Shown here one piece after another: positions 39,038-49,602 of a DNA stretch of 64,000 nucleotides. The position numbers and the translations under genes are program-made. The stretch is from a virus, in IMG/VR virus record IMGVR_UViG_3300028666_000002. One strand, 5' to 3'. The notes below the pieces were generated by a model that saw nothing but the letters and a program-made list of their open reading frames with translations, ran no database searches and had not been told where the DNA came from. Every line of letters starts with the position of its first letter. The first letter of the stretch is position 1.

Positions 39038-40012
39038 CGTTTTGTTAGATATATCTTTTAGTTTAGACAAAATGTTTCCTATTCCAGTACCTTGAGATGT
39101 TAGAGCGCTAGCAGCCCTAGCAGCCATTTGTTGGGCCAAAAACTCTTCTTGAGCCAATGTTGGCATGGGAATAGCGCTAGGATTCTTAACTTGCACTCCA
39201 CGTCTGGCAGAGATTTGTTTATTTCTATCATGCTTTTCTTGTTCCGTAAGCTGATATGCAGGCTTATCCAATGGAACATAATCTTCTTCCAAAAGTTCTC
39301 GCGGTACCCCTTCTTCTCTAGCAATTTGGTCTATGGTGGCATCTCGCTTTGTTCTCTTTACTGGCGCCTGTGTCCTAGCTGGCAATGGTTTATTAGTCTG
39401 CGGAGCTTTCTTTTGGCCAGTAGCACCACCGATAGGATTCAGGGTCTTTCGTTTAACAGGAGTTTCTTCAGTAACTCGTTTAACACTAGGAGTATAATCC
39501 TCAGAATTTTGAGTAGCTCCCTTGGTAGCAGTAAATGCTAATCTCTTAAGAACATCTACTTCTAATGCATTGAACGGGAAATCGAATTCTAAATGTTCTA
39601 CCTGAGTAACCTCTTTGCGCATGCCGAGCATGATTTCCATCTGTTCCTTTGCAAACTTTCGAATTGCCCTTTGAACACTTTGAACAGCCTTAGGATCAGC
39701 ATCCACACCTTCGAAAAGATCATGCCGCATTATCAATTTATACAAACTACCCTGTTCTAGTCGCAGATTGGCATCATTCAGAATAAGAGAAAAATCATCC
39801 TCCTCTTCCAATACCGCTTCACTCAAATCAAGTTCATACTCTTCCTCTTCCTGTGGCGGAAGTGGCGCGGACTGTCTAGGTGCTGGTGGGGCAGCAGGCC
39901 TAGGCAAACTAACTGGAGCGGCAGCAATAGGCTGTCCATTTCCATCTAGCTGTACTTCATCCGGCATATCCGGAAATGTCGCTTCTTCATCATCCCAAAG
40001 ATTTTGACTCAT
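39035..40012 (-). CDS. Hypothetical protein (acidic/Pro-rich)
   Basis: 325-aa ORF in operon. Confidence 0.6.
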   Translation of the reverse strand: MSQNLWDDEEATFPDMPDEVQLDGNGQPIAAAPVSLPRPAAPPAPRQSAPLPPQEEEEYELDLSEAVLEEEDDFSLILNDANLRLEQGSLYKLIMRHDLFEGVDADPKAVQSVQRAIRKFAKEQMEIMLGMRKEVTQVEHLEFDFPFNALEVDVLKRLAFTATKGATQNSEDYTPSVKRVTEETPVKRKTLNPIGGATGQKKAPQTNKPLPARTQAPVKRTKRDATIDQIAREEGVPRELLEEDYVPLDKPAYQLTEQEKHDRNKQISARRGVQVKNPSAIPMPTLAQEEFLAQQMAARAASALTSQGTGIGNILSKLKDISNKT

Positions 40013-40622
40013 TTTTAACCCGCCTATAATGGTAACAAATTACGAGTCCTAAAGCGTCAGCTTCGTCCTCATCTTTCTTTCTCAATGGCACTTTGAGAAA
40101 ATCCTTAAAAATTTCATTTACACGTCTTATATTAACATGCTTCCTACCAACAAGTCCAATTCTTTTTCCATTTAAATCGTAGGCAAGCTTACTTTTGTTC
40201 TTTTCTTTATACTTCCTAACCTGTTTGTTTCTCTCTTTCTCCTCTTTACTCATGGAACAGCCAATTTCTCTTCTCCAACTTTCTGTCATTATATACACGG
40301 CTTTGATTTGAGTTTCCTTGATGTATCTAGCCAATAGAAAGTGTATAAACTCTAATATCTTTTGGCTCATAGCATTCTTTGAGCCTTTAGATGTTTCCTC
40401 AATCACCAGAACATCTGGCGCTGTTTGATCGATTAATTCTTCTATTTCTTTGTAGCAAGAATAGGCCCAATCTACATAAGATTCCGGATAGACAGCGGTT
40501 ATTGGTTCGTGAATTTGTGTAAGTCTACCGTGAGATTCTAGGCGATACACATCCCCGCTTATCAGAAGAGCAAAACCCGTCTTTGTTGAAACATCCAAAG
40601 CAAGGACGCGTTCTTCGATCAT
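39990..40622 (-). CDS. RuvC-like Holliday junction resolvase
   Basis: VLALDVS..TGF, PDVLVIEE, SWR..IG, DEADALGL. Confidence 0.8.
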   Translation of the reverse strand: MIEERVLALDVSTKTGFALLISGDVYRLESHGRLTQIHEPITAVYPESYVDWAYSCYKEIEELIDQTAPDVLVIEETSKGSKNAMSQKILEFIHFLLARYIKETQIKAVYIMTESWRREIGCSMSKEEKERNKQVRKYKEKNKSKLAYDLNGKRIGLVGRKHVNIRRVNEIFKDFLKVPLRKKDEDEADALGLVICYHYRRVKNESKSLG

Positions 40623-40900
40623 TCCCCACCCTTCTCTTTAAGCAACGCGATCACATACTTACTTTTTGCACGGATGGCTTTCTTGGCATCTCGATATGGG
40701 GCCGCAAGTTCTGCTGCTTCAGCTTTGGCCTGTTCAAGGGCTTCGTCATCTTCCTTAGCTGTCTCTGTTTCCTCGGCATATTTGGCCAGAGTGGCAAGTT
40801 TATTGTTGAGTTGGTCTGCGGACAGTCCCTCAACTTCTGTGGCAAACTCTGGATAATTCTCTTGAACCTGTTCTCTATTGGACTTCTTTGATCGTGCCAT
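40619..40900 (-). CDS. Hypothetical helical protein
   Basis: 93 aa, AGGAG RBS. Confidence 0.6.
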   Translation of the reverse strand: MARSKKSNREQVQENYPEFATEVEGLSADQLNNKLATLAKYAEETETAKEDDEALEQAKAEAAELAAPYRDAKKAIRAKSKYVIALLKEKGGE

Positions 40901-40909
40901 AATTACTCC

Positions 40910-41143
40910 TTAAAAAGTAAGCGGTTTTTGTTCCTTAACACACATATCTTTATCAACTAAAACCTTTTGATAATCAGTAGGTTTTCCATCAACATGAAAT
41001 CTCTTGACATCTTTACTAAAATCAACAACGTAGCGCAATTCATTTTCGAACAAAATCTTACCTTCTACGTCGGCCTTTCTCTCATAAGAAAAAGATCCAC
41101 CCGTATGAACGGTTATGAGGATAGTGCAAATGATATCAAACAT
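40910..41143 (-). CDS. Hypothetical protein
   Basis: 77 aa, GGAG RBS. Confidence 0.55.
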   Translation of the reverse strand: MFDIICTILITVHTGGSFSYERKADVEGKILFENELRYVVDFSKDVKRFHVDGKPTDYQKVLVDKDMCVKEQKPLTF

Positions 41144-41144
41144 G

Positions 41145-41501
41145 TTAGCTCCTATCAGTATGGTCGAACTTTACTAGCTTCTTAAGCAGGTTCATTTTTG
41201 ACAAATAGGATATGAATGACTCTATCATAACCACATGTGCCGTATCGTTTGGAGCCACTTCTTTCCTGCTGAGCGTAATTGGTAACTGTACTTTACTATA
41301 ACTCCTTTTTGCTTCACTTACAACATTAAAAAAATCACGATAGGTAACCAAGTGTTCTAATTTGGTTACTTCGAGATGCTTATTAAATATGGTTTGAAGA
41401 AAGGCGAGTCGGTCTGCCCTATTCAAATTTGGTTCTTTTTCAAGGTATTCTCTGAGTTCTTGTTCAATCTGTTTCGGATCTGACATTGCTGGTTTCTCCA
41501 T
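41145..41501 (-). CDS. Hypothetical protein
   Basis: ORF overlapping the SbcC stop. Confidence 0.55.
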   Translation of the reverse strand: MEKPAMSDPKQIEQELREYLEKEPNLNRADRLAFLQTIFNKHLEVTKLEHLVTYRDFFNVVSEAKRSYSKVQLPITLSRKEVAPNDTAHVVMIESFISYLSKMNLLKKLVKFDHTDRS

Positions 41502-43524
41502 TTCTTATGACTAAAATCTTATCAGAAATTGATTCTTTTACAATAGGATTATGGTCAACTACTAAAATCTTTTTATTGGAATGCGTATTCTTCAATATCT
41601 CTAATGCCATCTCTGAACACGTACTGTCCAAACCGTTGAATGGTTCGTCCAAGATGGAGACATTGATTCCTTTATTAGTTTCTCTTTCTATTAAGGTCAT
41701 GACAGACAAATCTATAGCCAAATCAACAGAAGAGCGTTCTCCACCAGATAAACTGCGAATATCTATGTTTTCTTCCCCATCCATATGTAACACAGCATTA
41801 ACTTCTTCTTTTAGCTTGCCTTCCTTTGTTTCTCTAATGCTAGTAAGTTGAATGGTAGAGTTAGCCATGTTGGGGACATTTCTAACTAATTTTGTAGCAT
41901 TTTCGCTTATATCTTCCAATGTTTGTTCGAAAGAACAAGAAAGATAACTCTTTATAGCCCTCTTCAATTCTTCACTTTTTAACAATTGTCCATCTTGTAC
42001 TGCTAATTCTTGAGTTATCTTAGATATTTCTTCACTATAAGACTTCTTTTGTTGTTCGAGACTAGTTGAGGTTTTTTCATATCTAGTACGAGAATCCTCA
42101 TACATCTTCATTTTAGTTACTGCAGATTCAAATAGTTTAGCATCCAACTGAGCTTGACCGCTGACTTGTTGAAGTTCTACTGCATGAGATGCCTTTAATT
42201 GTTTGTATTTGTTGTCAAATTCATCTTGCTCTTTCTTCTGCATTTCGAAATGGGCACTTCTAATCTTGGTTTCATCTGTCTTGTCCGATTCGATAGATGT
42301 TTTCAAATCTTGTATTTTTTTGGTTAATTCGGTATATCCATTTGGTATTTTAAGCTCTGTCTGCAATGATAATTCTGTTATTTCGGCTGTTAAACGTTCA
42401 GATTGTCCAATCCAATCAATTTTTGGATCTATAATTTCTTTATATTTCTTAATGGTTTCTAATAGTTCTGTTTCTTTTTTCTTGGCAGAATCAGTTAACC
42501 ATTGTTGTTCACAGGTGAAACAGACATTCTCTCTAAGTTTTCTAATCTCTGTAGCAGTCTTTACGGCTTCTTTTGTGGCCTCTTCCGCTTTTAGGATTTT
42601 ATTTTTAAGATCTGTTTTTTTAGCTTCTGTCTCTAAAATCCTCTTTTGTACTTCATGAACTCTGACGGTTTCATCTATAAGTAATTGATTTGCTTGTTTT
42701 TCTATCAATTTCAATTCATTTTCTAGGGCATTTCTTGAAGAATTGTCGAAAGTATATTGGGTTGAAACGGGCTTGGTCAACTCTAGATTTGCTATCTCTA
42801 ACTTATGTTTGGTCACCAATTCGCTTAAAATGGCATTAGAGGCGTCCGATTTAGTTTTGAGAGTAAGTATCATTTCTTTAGAAATCTCTTTAACAGGAGT
42901 CTCTCCAAGTGATTCTATGGCACTTTGGGTGGCTAATAGGGCAGATTTCTTATTTTCCAAAGAAATGTTAAAAGATGATACTGTTTTAGTCAAATCAGCA
43001 ATTTTTTCATCCAAATCAGTAATGTGTTTTTTAAACCGACTATATCCTAAACAATCGGTAAGAAAATCATTAGTTTCCTTTGGCGTCAAAGAAAGAAAGA
43101 AGCCCTTTTCTCCTTGCTTCTTATGAAGCATCGGTCTAAATAAGTTTCTAGGAATGGAAAGAATTTGATCTAATTTCTCTTCACTTAGTTTAGAACTTCC
43201 AGTAGTTACCTCACCATTTAATTCTATTTTGAGTTTTTTACTTCTAGTTATGATTAAAGGAAGACCGTCGAAATCGAAAGTGCCCTCAACAAACATGGAC
43301 TCATCAGTTAGTCTAGATTGAAGAACTGAATTGGGGGTTGTATTAAGGCCAAAAAGAAAATCCAAAGCATTGAAGATGGTAGACTTACCAGATCCACTAG
43401 AACCACCCGTATTACCATTCTCGCCATCTACTTGAACTAAATTGCCTAACTTTTCGACATCAATAACTTGCTCATCAACAAAACGACCGATAGCTCGTAA
43501 TCGTAATTTTTTAAGAATAAGCAC
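41464..43524 (-). CDS. sbcC: SbcC/Rad50/gp46-like SMC ATPase
   Basis: Walker A SSGSGKST, central CFTC hook, LSGGE signature, ILDEPF, VVDH. Confidence 0.93.
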   Translation of the reverse strand: MLILKKLRLRAIGRFVDEQVIDVEKLGNLVQVDGENGNTGGSSGSGKSTIFNALDFLFGLNTTPNSVLQSRLTDESMFVEGTFDFDGLPLIITRSKKLKIELNGEVTTGSSKLSEEKLDQILSIPRNLFRPMLHKKQGEKGFFLSLTPKETNDFLTDCLGYSRFKKHITDLDEKIADLTKTVSSFNISLENKKSALLATQSAIESLGETPVKEISKEMILTLKTKSDASNAILSELVTKHKLEIANLELTKPVSTQYTFDNSSRNALENELKLIEKQANQLLIDETVRVHEVQKRILETEAKKTDLKNKILKAEEATKEAVKTATEIRKLRENVCFTCEQQWLTDSAKKKETELLETIKKYKEIIDPKIDWIGQSERLTAEITELSLQTELKIPNGYTELTKKIQDLKTSIESDKTDETKIRSAHFEMQKKEQDEFDNKYKQLKASHAVELQQVSGQAQLDAKLFESAVTKMKMYEDSRTRYEKTSTSLEQQKKSYSEEISKITQELAVQDGQLLKSEELKRAIKSYLSCSFEQTLEDISENATKLVRNVPNMANSTIQLTSIRETKEGKLKEEVNAVLHMDGEENIDIRSLSGGERSSVDLAIDLSVMTLIERETNKGINVSILDEPFNGLDSTCSEMALEILKNTHSNKKILVVDHNPIVKESISDKILVIRNGETSNVRSETD

Positions 43525-43772
43525 TATTTATCCTTGAAATCTTTGGTGGATCTGTTGCGGATATCCTCAACAACTTCTAAATTCACTTCCACCTTCCTGG
43601 CCTGAAGGCCATTGTCCACTATCACGATACTACTATTGGCAGGAGCTTTCAAGGTTTTTTTAGCATTCTTACCACACTTTTCGCAAATAAAAAAGGCAGG
43701 TGCGTCTGGCACCCGCCTAAAGTATTTACTCATTGAATGGCTGCATTCGCAACTATAATGAATAAGTGGCAT
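43524..43772 (-). CDS. FmdB-like zinc-ribbon protein
   Basis: MPLI.YSC.C.H.....CEKCG. Confidence 0.65.
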   Translation of the reverse strand: MPLIHYSCECSHSMSKYFRRVPDAPAFFICEKCGKNAKKTLKAPANSSIVIVDNGLQARKVEVNLEVVEDIRNRSTKDFKDK

Positions 43773-43774
43773 AT

Positions 43775-44656
43775 TTAATACGTGGGCACGACAGTTCTTT
43801 GCCTGCTCATGTATTGCTCCACAAATTTGTTCTTGATTTCAATTTCCCTTTCCATAGAAGCTTCTACACTCTTACTTTCCTTTTTGTTTACTGTGGAGTT
43901 TTCTGGCGACACAATACGAATATTCATCGGACTAGTATTGATGGGACAATTGTCCAAATCATAATCGATTCTGATACCCAAAAACTCTGTGGTGTGAGTG
44001 GTAAAACCATCTAGAGATGAATCACACTTAACTGCCACAATTCTATCTGCATATCCGCCATCTACAGCTTGACCGCCAGTGAGCCAAAGCTCGTTAGCGT
44101 ATGCTTTTTGATAGCTTTCCAAGGTCTGCTTGCCCTTAGAACGTTTAACTGTCTGTAGGTCCATTTCTGTCAGTCTACGAGTCCAAAAATTAAGTCTATT
44201 CTCAACTTGACTGGGACTTTGACCGCCAAAGCTTCCCTCGAATCCACCGGATGCCCTATGGCTCATCAAAACTCCATTTTGCAAGACTAACCTTTCACCC
44301 AATCCCTGCACTACCTGAAATCCCATGCTGGCAGCAAAAAGCGTGACCGTATTAATGTGCCTGTTTAGGCCCCTAAACGCTTCCATTAGCTCAATTCCAG
44401 ATTGAATCTCTCCACCGGGAGTGTTCATAAAAAGATAGATAGGCTTTGAAGATCCGAAATATGTTCCCTTATCTAACTTCTTAGCCTTAGAAATTGCCTC
44501 TCCAACACTGTTACCGTCAATTACACCACCCAAAACCAAAGTATTATTCTTAGAAAGAGTAATAACCCCATCCTTATCGGTTCCAGAGGCATTGCCATAA
44601 GAAAGCAACGCTAAAAACAAGAAAATTGCTACCCATGTGAATTTATTAAATTTCAT
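43775..44656 (-). CDS. ClpP/crotonase-fold serine protease with N-terminal signal peptide
   Basis: IYLFMNTPGGEI.SG, AASMG, LMSH, WLTG.QAV..GYAD; N-terminus MKFNKFTWVAIFLFLALLSYGNA. Confidence 0.8.
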   Translation of the reverse strand: MKFNKFTWVAIFLFLALLSYGNASGTDKDGVITLSKNNTLVLGGVIDGNSVGEAISKAKKLDKGTYFGSSKPIYLFMNTPGGEIQSGIELMEAFRGLNRHINTVTLFAASMGFQVVQGLGERLVLQNGVLMSHRASGGFEGSFGGQSPSQVENRLNFWTRRLTEMDLQTVKRSKGKQTLESYQKAYANELWLTGGQAVDGGYADRIVAVKCDSSLDGFTTHTTEFLGIRIDYDLDNCPINTSPMNIRIVSPENSTVNKKESKSVEASMEREIEIKNKFVEQYMSRQRTVVPTY

Positions 44657-45348
44657 TTTTGCTCCTTTTGATTATTATCTATATCATATTTAGATTTTTC
44701 TAATTCTTTATCTTTCTCTGCCTGTCTATTGGCGTCAGCGTGCTGTTTTAGAAGTTCTCCAATTGTGGCGCTTTTGGGGGTTATGGTAATTTTGTTATCG
44801 CCATCTCTTTCCATGGTTACGCCATCTCCAATATTTAGGCCAATGGGCGATTTGCCTGAAGAGGATTTACCTGTACTGTCTAAATCATTAACTAATTCAA
44901 TAGCTTTCATCAATTGTCCCACTTCTTTCAAATCCAAAGAATCCATCACGGTTTCGTCATTGGTGGAAAGGTATCTGTTCAGTTTCCTCCCCAAACGCTT
45001 TTGATAGGCCTGTACCAAAAGTAGCATCCATTCCTGACTTTTGAGTTTAGAATCTACAACTCTGTTCTTTATTTTTTCCAAACTTTCGTTTATGTATTCT
45101 TCTTTAACGGCATACCAATTGTTAGTGTGGGCAAGATACAAAACTATCACTTGCTTTATCTCTAAAATAGCAGCTATTTGAGTATAAGTACTACCGCCCA
45201 AATACAAATCAAGCATTTGGAAAATATTAGAACTAGTTATCGCTCCTATGCCTGGAAGTCCATCCTCGATATATTGGGTTATCTTAGCCATCTCTTTTTC
45301 TGAGATGTCAGTCGTTTCTTTTAATACTACAGTAGGTAAATTACTCAT
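44653..45348 (-). CDS. HTH-containing hypothetical protein (terminase small subunit-like N-terminus possible)
   Basis: LYL.G.TY.QIA..L.I.......A...NW...KEE. Confidence 0.4.
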   Translation of the reverse strand: MSNLPTVVLKETTDISEKEMAKITQYIEDGLPGIGAITSSNIFQMLDLYLGGSTYTQIAAILEIKQVIVLYLAHTNNWYAVKEEYINESLEKIKNRVVDSKLKSQEWMLLLVQAYQKRLGRKLNRYLSTNDETVMDSLDLKEVGQLMKAIELVNDLDSTGKSSSGKSPIGLNIGDGVTMERDGDNKITITPKSATIGELLKQHADANRQAEKDKELEKSKYDIDNNQKEQK

Positions 45349-45701
45349 TCTTTACTCTCATACACTGGTTTGGTATTAAAATATACCTTTAAGGTTACAT
45401 CCTTCCAAAATAGGCTTCTTATGGCCGTTTCCAGTGCCAAAAATCTTTTATCTACAAATGACTGATTTGATTCTTCATTTAGCGTTAAGTAATAAGCAAT
45501 AAAAGACCTATGATTGATTTGTTTGCTTTTCTCATCTATAGCATGTCCTAGATCATAATCTATTCTGACTACCTGGACATCATTGAAGAAAACAAATGGA
45601 TAATTTTTGAGATTCTTCTCTTGAACTTCACTAATGCGGTTAGCTAAAATAGCCAACTGTGCCATTTCCTGCAACTTCTGTTTTAGTGTACTATCAGACA
45701 A
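45345..45701 (-). CDS. Hypothetical protein
   Basis: 118-aa ORF overlapping its neighbours. Confidence 0.55.
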   Translation of the reverse strand: MSDSTLKQKLQEMAQLAILANRISEVQEKNLKNYPFVFFNDVQVVRIDYDLGHAIDEKSKQINHRSFIAYYLTLNEESNQSFVDKRFLALETAIRSLFWKDVTLKVYFNTKPVYESKE

Positions 45702-46698
45702 TGCCCATCTCCTTTGCTGACTTAAGCAATTCTTGCCTATCCATATCGGTTACATAAAGATTAAGCAAAAAATCATCAAAACCCTTTCCGGCCTTTCTTT
45801 CAATTGTTTTCTTGGTATCGGTATATCGAGATCTCAATTGTGCTTTTCCCTTAAATTTGTGTTTTTCCTTATCAATCCACATTGATGTGCCGATCATTTC
45901 TAATGTAACCCTGGCATTGGCCGGAATAGTCGGTTCTATTTCCCCTTCCTTGTAGGTCATACTGTAGATAGGCTTACAAACAGAAGAGGTATCGATAAAC
46001 TCTTCTTTTATAATAAGCCCCGTATTGTCATCGTGCTCAACAAGCCACAAGCCCTTTTCTTCATTCGCATCAGAATTAGTTAACCATCTGGCTGTTCCTG
46101 GCAATATAACATTGCCAAATCTCTGCCTTTTGTGGATGTGTCCACCTATGATTAAAGGATAGTCCAATTTTGTTGGATCTACACCATTCGGTGCGTACAT
46201 CCCGCTTTCATATTGACTGCCATCTATATCTTGATGGATTACCAAAATCTTAGCTCCATAATTTTTCAATCCATTAGCGACTTCAAGAAATTTTTCCTGA
46301 TCATGCATATATGGAACGAATCCAAAAATACCATGAACTTGAGCGCTATCAATTATGGAAAGATTCTTTTTCTTCATTAGCTGAAGTGTACTAAGCGCGT
46401 GGCTCTTATAGGCATCATTTCCAGAATTGGCCAAATCATGATTGCCGACCATGACTATTAATTTCTGTGCTTCACTAAAAGTGTCTAGCCATTGTTTCCA
46501 GAATTCTAAGACTTCTGTTCTAACCACGGCAAAATTGTGAAATAGGTCGCCAAGAATAACGATCATATCTGGAGAATTCTTTATGGCAACATCCACCATA
46601 AAGCTCATTAGATTGTCAGACTCCTCTTCGTTAGAAACCTGAACATGCGGATCTCCTAGATATAAAACTTTCAAACAATTACTCCTTTGGCGAAACAA
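45694..46698 (-). CDS. sbcD: SbcD/Mre11/gp47-like nuclease
   Basis: GDPH, LGDLFH, GNHD, IHQ, GHIH..Q, PGT; near sbcC. Confidence 0.88.
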   Translation of the reverse strand: MFRQRSNCLKVLYLGDPHVQVSNEEESDNLMSFMVDVAIKNSPDMIVILGDLFHNFAVVRTEVLEFWKQWLDTFSEAQKLIVMVGNHDLANSGNDAYKSHALSTLQLMKKKNLSIIDSAQVHGIFGFVPYMHDQEKFLEVANGLKNYGAKILVIHQDIDGSQYESGMYAPNGVDPTKLDYPLIIGGHIHKRQRFGNVILPGTARWLTNSDANEEKGLWLVEHDDNTGLIIKEEFIDTSSVCKPIYSMTYKEGEIEPTIPANARVTLEMIGTSMWIDKEKHKFKGKAQLRSRYTDTKKTIERKAGKGFDDFLLNLYVTDMDRQELLKSAKEMGIV

Positions 46699-46999
46699 TA
46701 AACTCTACATGGACCAAATCAACGATAAGAAACGGCCCCTCTATGGCGTCGCACTCCAATGTTTTTTGTGCCCACGCTTGAGTATGTAGGATTTCCTCCT
46801 TAATATACACTATAGAGCCCTTCTGTACAAGGGTGTTATCGGATAGCATTGCCTCAATCAAAACTTTAAGGCCCTTAAGGGCAAGTTTCTGGGAGATACT
46901 GGCAAAGCCATTCCGTTCTACCGCCTTAAGACTTTCCTTCTTATATGTCTCAACAATCAATCTATTGTTAACTGATCTTTTCTTGCCGCCTATCATCAT
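46679..46999 (-). CDS. Divergent GroES/Cpn10-like co-chaperonin
   Basis: RSVNNRLIVE ~ RPL.DRV.V; mobile-loop-like ERNGFASI; VQKGSIVY ~ VKVGD.V; FLIVDLVHVEFIV ~ LIM.ESDILAIV; ~100 aa. Confidence 0.6.
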   Translation of the reverse strand: MMIGGKKRSVNNRLIVETYKKESLKAVERNGFASISQKLALKGLKVLIEAMLSDNTLVQKGSIVYIKEEILHTQAWAQKTLECDAIEGPFLIVDLVHVEFIVSPKE

Positions 47000-48033
47000 A
47001 TTTTTACTCCTTTTAACTTCAAAATCTTTCTATTGATAAGTGGTAATTCTCTAGCTAAATCCAGCATTTGATTAGTGACTTCTTCTTGTATATATTCTTC
47101 CTCAATATCTTGATGGGGGTCCATGGTGAAACTGTATACGTTGAATCCTTCATCAGTATTGCTGTCTGTACTTACAGTACTAGCGGCATTCATCAATGAG
47201 TTCAACTCGCTAACATTAATTTTGGTCTTAGGAATACTTTTACCATCTAAGGCATCTTCCTTAAACCCTTCCTTAACAGCTTCCGTCAATACCCTTACGT
47301 CATCTATACCCTTTCTACTTCTGAGAGTGTGAGCCTTATACAAAACTCTTTTGTCAGATGGATAAAAATGCAATACAGTTTCAGAGTAAGAGTCAATCAA
47401 ATTCCCTACCATGCGACCTATGCAAACGCTGCGAAAAACGGGAGAATATGGGCCGCACCATTTGTCTACACCAGAAGCAAGTCCCATGGCGCAAATGCCG
47501 ATCATATCGATAAGCGTCAGGTGTCCCTTGGGCGTTTTTCTGTAGAATAGCTTAGCCCTGTTTACCGCAAGAGGCATATTATTTTGAATCAATACGGTTC
47601 TAGCCTTGTCTACGCGATGATACAGCAATTCTGCCCTTTTGGGAAACGGTCCAAGCCAAGAATCCTTGATGAATTTGATTAGTTGAAAATTAATATTAAA
47701 AGTTTTAAGGGTTTCAATATCTTCTGCTTTAATGGCAGGGGTGATTTTTTTACTAAATGAAATAGCCGTTTCTCTAAAATAAGGTCTAGCACTCAAAATG
47801 TTCTTGTTTTGTACACAGATCTTTTGTAGAAATTTCTTATAAACTTCAGTAGCTTGTCGATATTTTAGGATAGTATCCTTAAATTTACTTTCCGCTTCTA
47901 ACAATTCTTCTACTTGATCTTGCTGCGTGCTGCCGTCATTGTTGTTCTCTATAGCTCGCGTTATCTCACCAGCCAGTACGTAAAATGAATTGTCGAACCC
48001 ATCTTGATATTTATGCTTGCTCATAAACATCAT
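46996..48033 (-). CDS. Sigma70-family RNA polymerase sigma factor
   Basis: ARTVLIQNNMPLAVNRAK.F......L.DMIG....GL..GVDKW region 2 pattern; C-terminal LP..NRKIL.L. Confidence 0.75.
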   Translation of the reverse strand: MMFMSKHKYQDGFDNSFYVLAGEITRAIENNNDGSTQQDQVEELLEAESKFKDTILKYRQATEVYKKFLQKICVQNKNILSARPYFRETAISFSKKITPAIKAEDIETLKTFNINFQLIKFIKDSWLGPFPKRAELLYHRVDKARTVLIQNNMPLAVNRAKLFYRKTPKGHLTLIDMIGICAMGLASGVDKWCGPYSPVFRSVCIGRMVGNLIDSYSETVLHFYPSDKRVLYKAHTLRSRKGIDDVRVLTEAVKEGFKEDALDGKSIPKTKINVSELNSLMNAASTVSTDSNTDEGFNVYSFTMDPHQDIEEEYIQEEVTNQMLDLARELPLINRKILKLKGVKI

Positions 48034-48046
48034 ATATCACAGGATA

Positions 48047-49543
48047 TTATTTGGTGAGTTTTATATGTTTGATTTCCGATCCAGATCTATTATAGTAAGC
48101 GATTCTATTTTCTAGGTGACGGACCATAATATCCACGTCATAAACATTAAAATCGAAGATAACGCACTTTTCTTTTGGTATACATTTATCTTTCCAAGGA
48201 TTATGTTTATAGAGCCTAACTGATCGTCCCACAGTTCCCTGCAAAGTTTTAATTTCCGAGGACCCTCCGACCCAATTAAAAGTGAAGTGATTAGCAAAAA
48301 TATTCGTACCGGTGGCTATACAAGAGGTTCCTATTAGATTCAGAGCCTGAGCCTTATTAAATTTTTCAACGCTCTCAGCCGGATCTACTTTAGACAGACC
48401 AAGTTCTGAGAGTCTTTCCGCTTTCTTTTCACTGTGGGCTATTACCGTTGGTGCTCTAAGCAGTGGCAATAACATAGCAATTTGTTCTAATTCTTCAACC
48501 AAAATAAGGGTTTGCAACCCACGATCAGATTGAGCATTTGCAAATTTGGCTATAAAGGCACAGATATTACGATTTTTAAGAAAGTGCTTCCTCTTCATAT
48601 CCAGAGCATCTTGCGTGTAATAGTTGGGATTTGAAGATTCCACATTTACGATGCGATATTCGTGTGGACATATGTAACCACCCTCTACGGCTTGTTGGGT
48701 AGTTAAAGTGTGTACAGTTTGGCCTATAATCGCCTGTAATAGCTTTTCTGCACCATCCCCTCTGGTTTGGGTGCCTGAGAAGAAGAAACGATAGGGAATG
48801 GCTGCCAAGACTCCAAAGCACATCTCTTCCAAAGTCTCCGCGCCAAACGTATGGCTTTCATCTGCTAAAAGCATATCTAGGTTAGAAAAAAATTTCCATT
48901 CCTCAGTATCACGAACTATGTTGACTAAAGAATCTCCGATACAAATTGTAAACTTCTTATCCAACTTTTTCTTTCCAGCCCCAAATGTGCCGACCATTCC
49001 CTTGCCAAAATGATATTCAAACTTTTCTAATAGTTCGTTGAATATACTTTTAGAAGGAGCCACAATAGCAGTACGAAATCCTGTTTCTCTACATAATTTC
49101 AATAAGATAGCAGATTTACCAGATCCAGTGCAAAGCTCTACGTTGCCATGTTTTACCTCTAATAGTTTCCCCCAACTTTCTTCTTGGTATGGGTATAATT
49201 CAAAAGGTAAGGGTTTTTTCCATGCAACTTTCTTTGGTGTGGGGTAAACGATTTTATTATCAATTTCTAAATTAAATCCAGTAAGATATGGAATGCTACC
49301 AGGGTAAATATGAGGTTGATTTTCTCCAAAAACCAAAATCCTTTTGGCCTTCCTTTTTAGGGTTTCAATATTGGCCATCCATTTTTCTTTATCTTTATTC
49401 CTGGCCCAATGGTTATTATATAACCTCTTAATATCATGAACTATTGAGGTATTAGTAAACGTAAGTTCCTTGCGTAGTCGTACCAATTCTTCATCAGTGC
49501 TATCGATAAATGCGCAGGTGGGATTTGATATGGTAATTTTCAT
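48047..49543 (-). CDS. Superfamily 2 DNA helicase (UvsW-like)
   Basis: LYPYQ, CTGSGKS, DESH, SGT, TGTNI, QGTVGRSVR. Confidence 0.9.
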   Translation of the reverse strand: MKITISNPTCAFIDSTDEELVRLRKELTFTNTSIVHDIKRLYNNHWARNKDKEKWMANIETLKRKAKRILVFGENQPHIYPGSIPYLTGFNLEIDNKIVYPTPKKVAWKKPLPFELYPYQEESWGKLLEVKHGNVELCTGSGKSAILLKLCRETGFRTAIVAPSKSIFNELLEKFEYHFGKGMVGTFGAGKKKLDKKFTICIGDSLVNIVRDTEEWKFFSNLDMLLADESHTFGAETLEEMCFGVLAAIPYRFFFSGTQTRGDGAEKLLQAIIGQTVHTLTTQQAVEGGYICPHEYRIVNVESSNPNYYTQDALDMKRKHFLKNRNICAFIAKFANAQSDRGLQTLILVEELEQIAMLLPLLRAPTVIAHSEKKAERLSELGLSKVDPAESVEKFNKAQALNLIGTSCIATGTNIFANHFTFNWVGGSSEIKTLQGTVGRSVRLYKHNPWKDKCIPKEKCVIFDFNVYDVDIMVRHLENRIAYYNRSGSEIKHIKLTK

Positions 49544-49570
49544 TTGTCATAAGAGTATATCGTAGCCATA

Positions 49571-49579
49571 TGATATAAG
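49571..49579 (+). promoter_or_regulatory. TGATATAAG promoter motif in the divergent helicase/groEL gap
   Basis: Same TGATATA core as elsewhere, upstream of the GAGG RBS of groEL. Confidence 0.5.
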
Positions 49580-49602
49580 CAAGTATCAGAAAAGAGGTAT
49601 TC

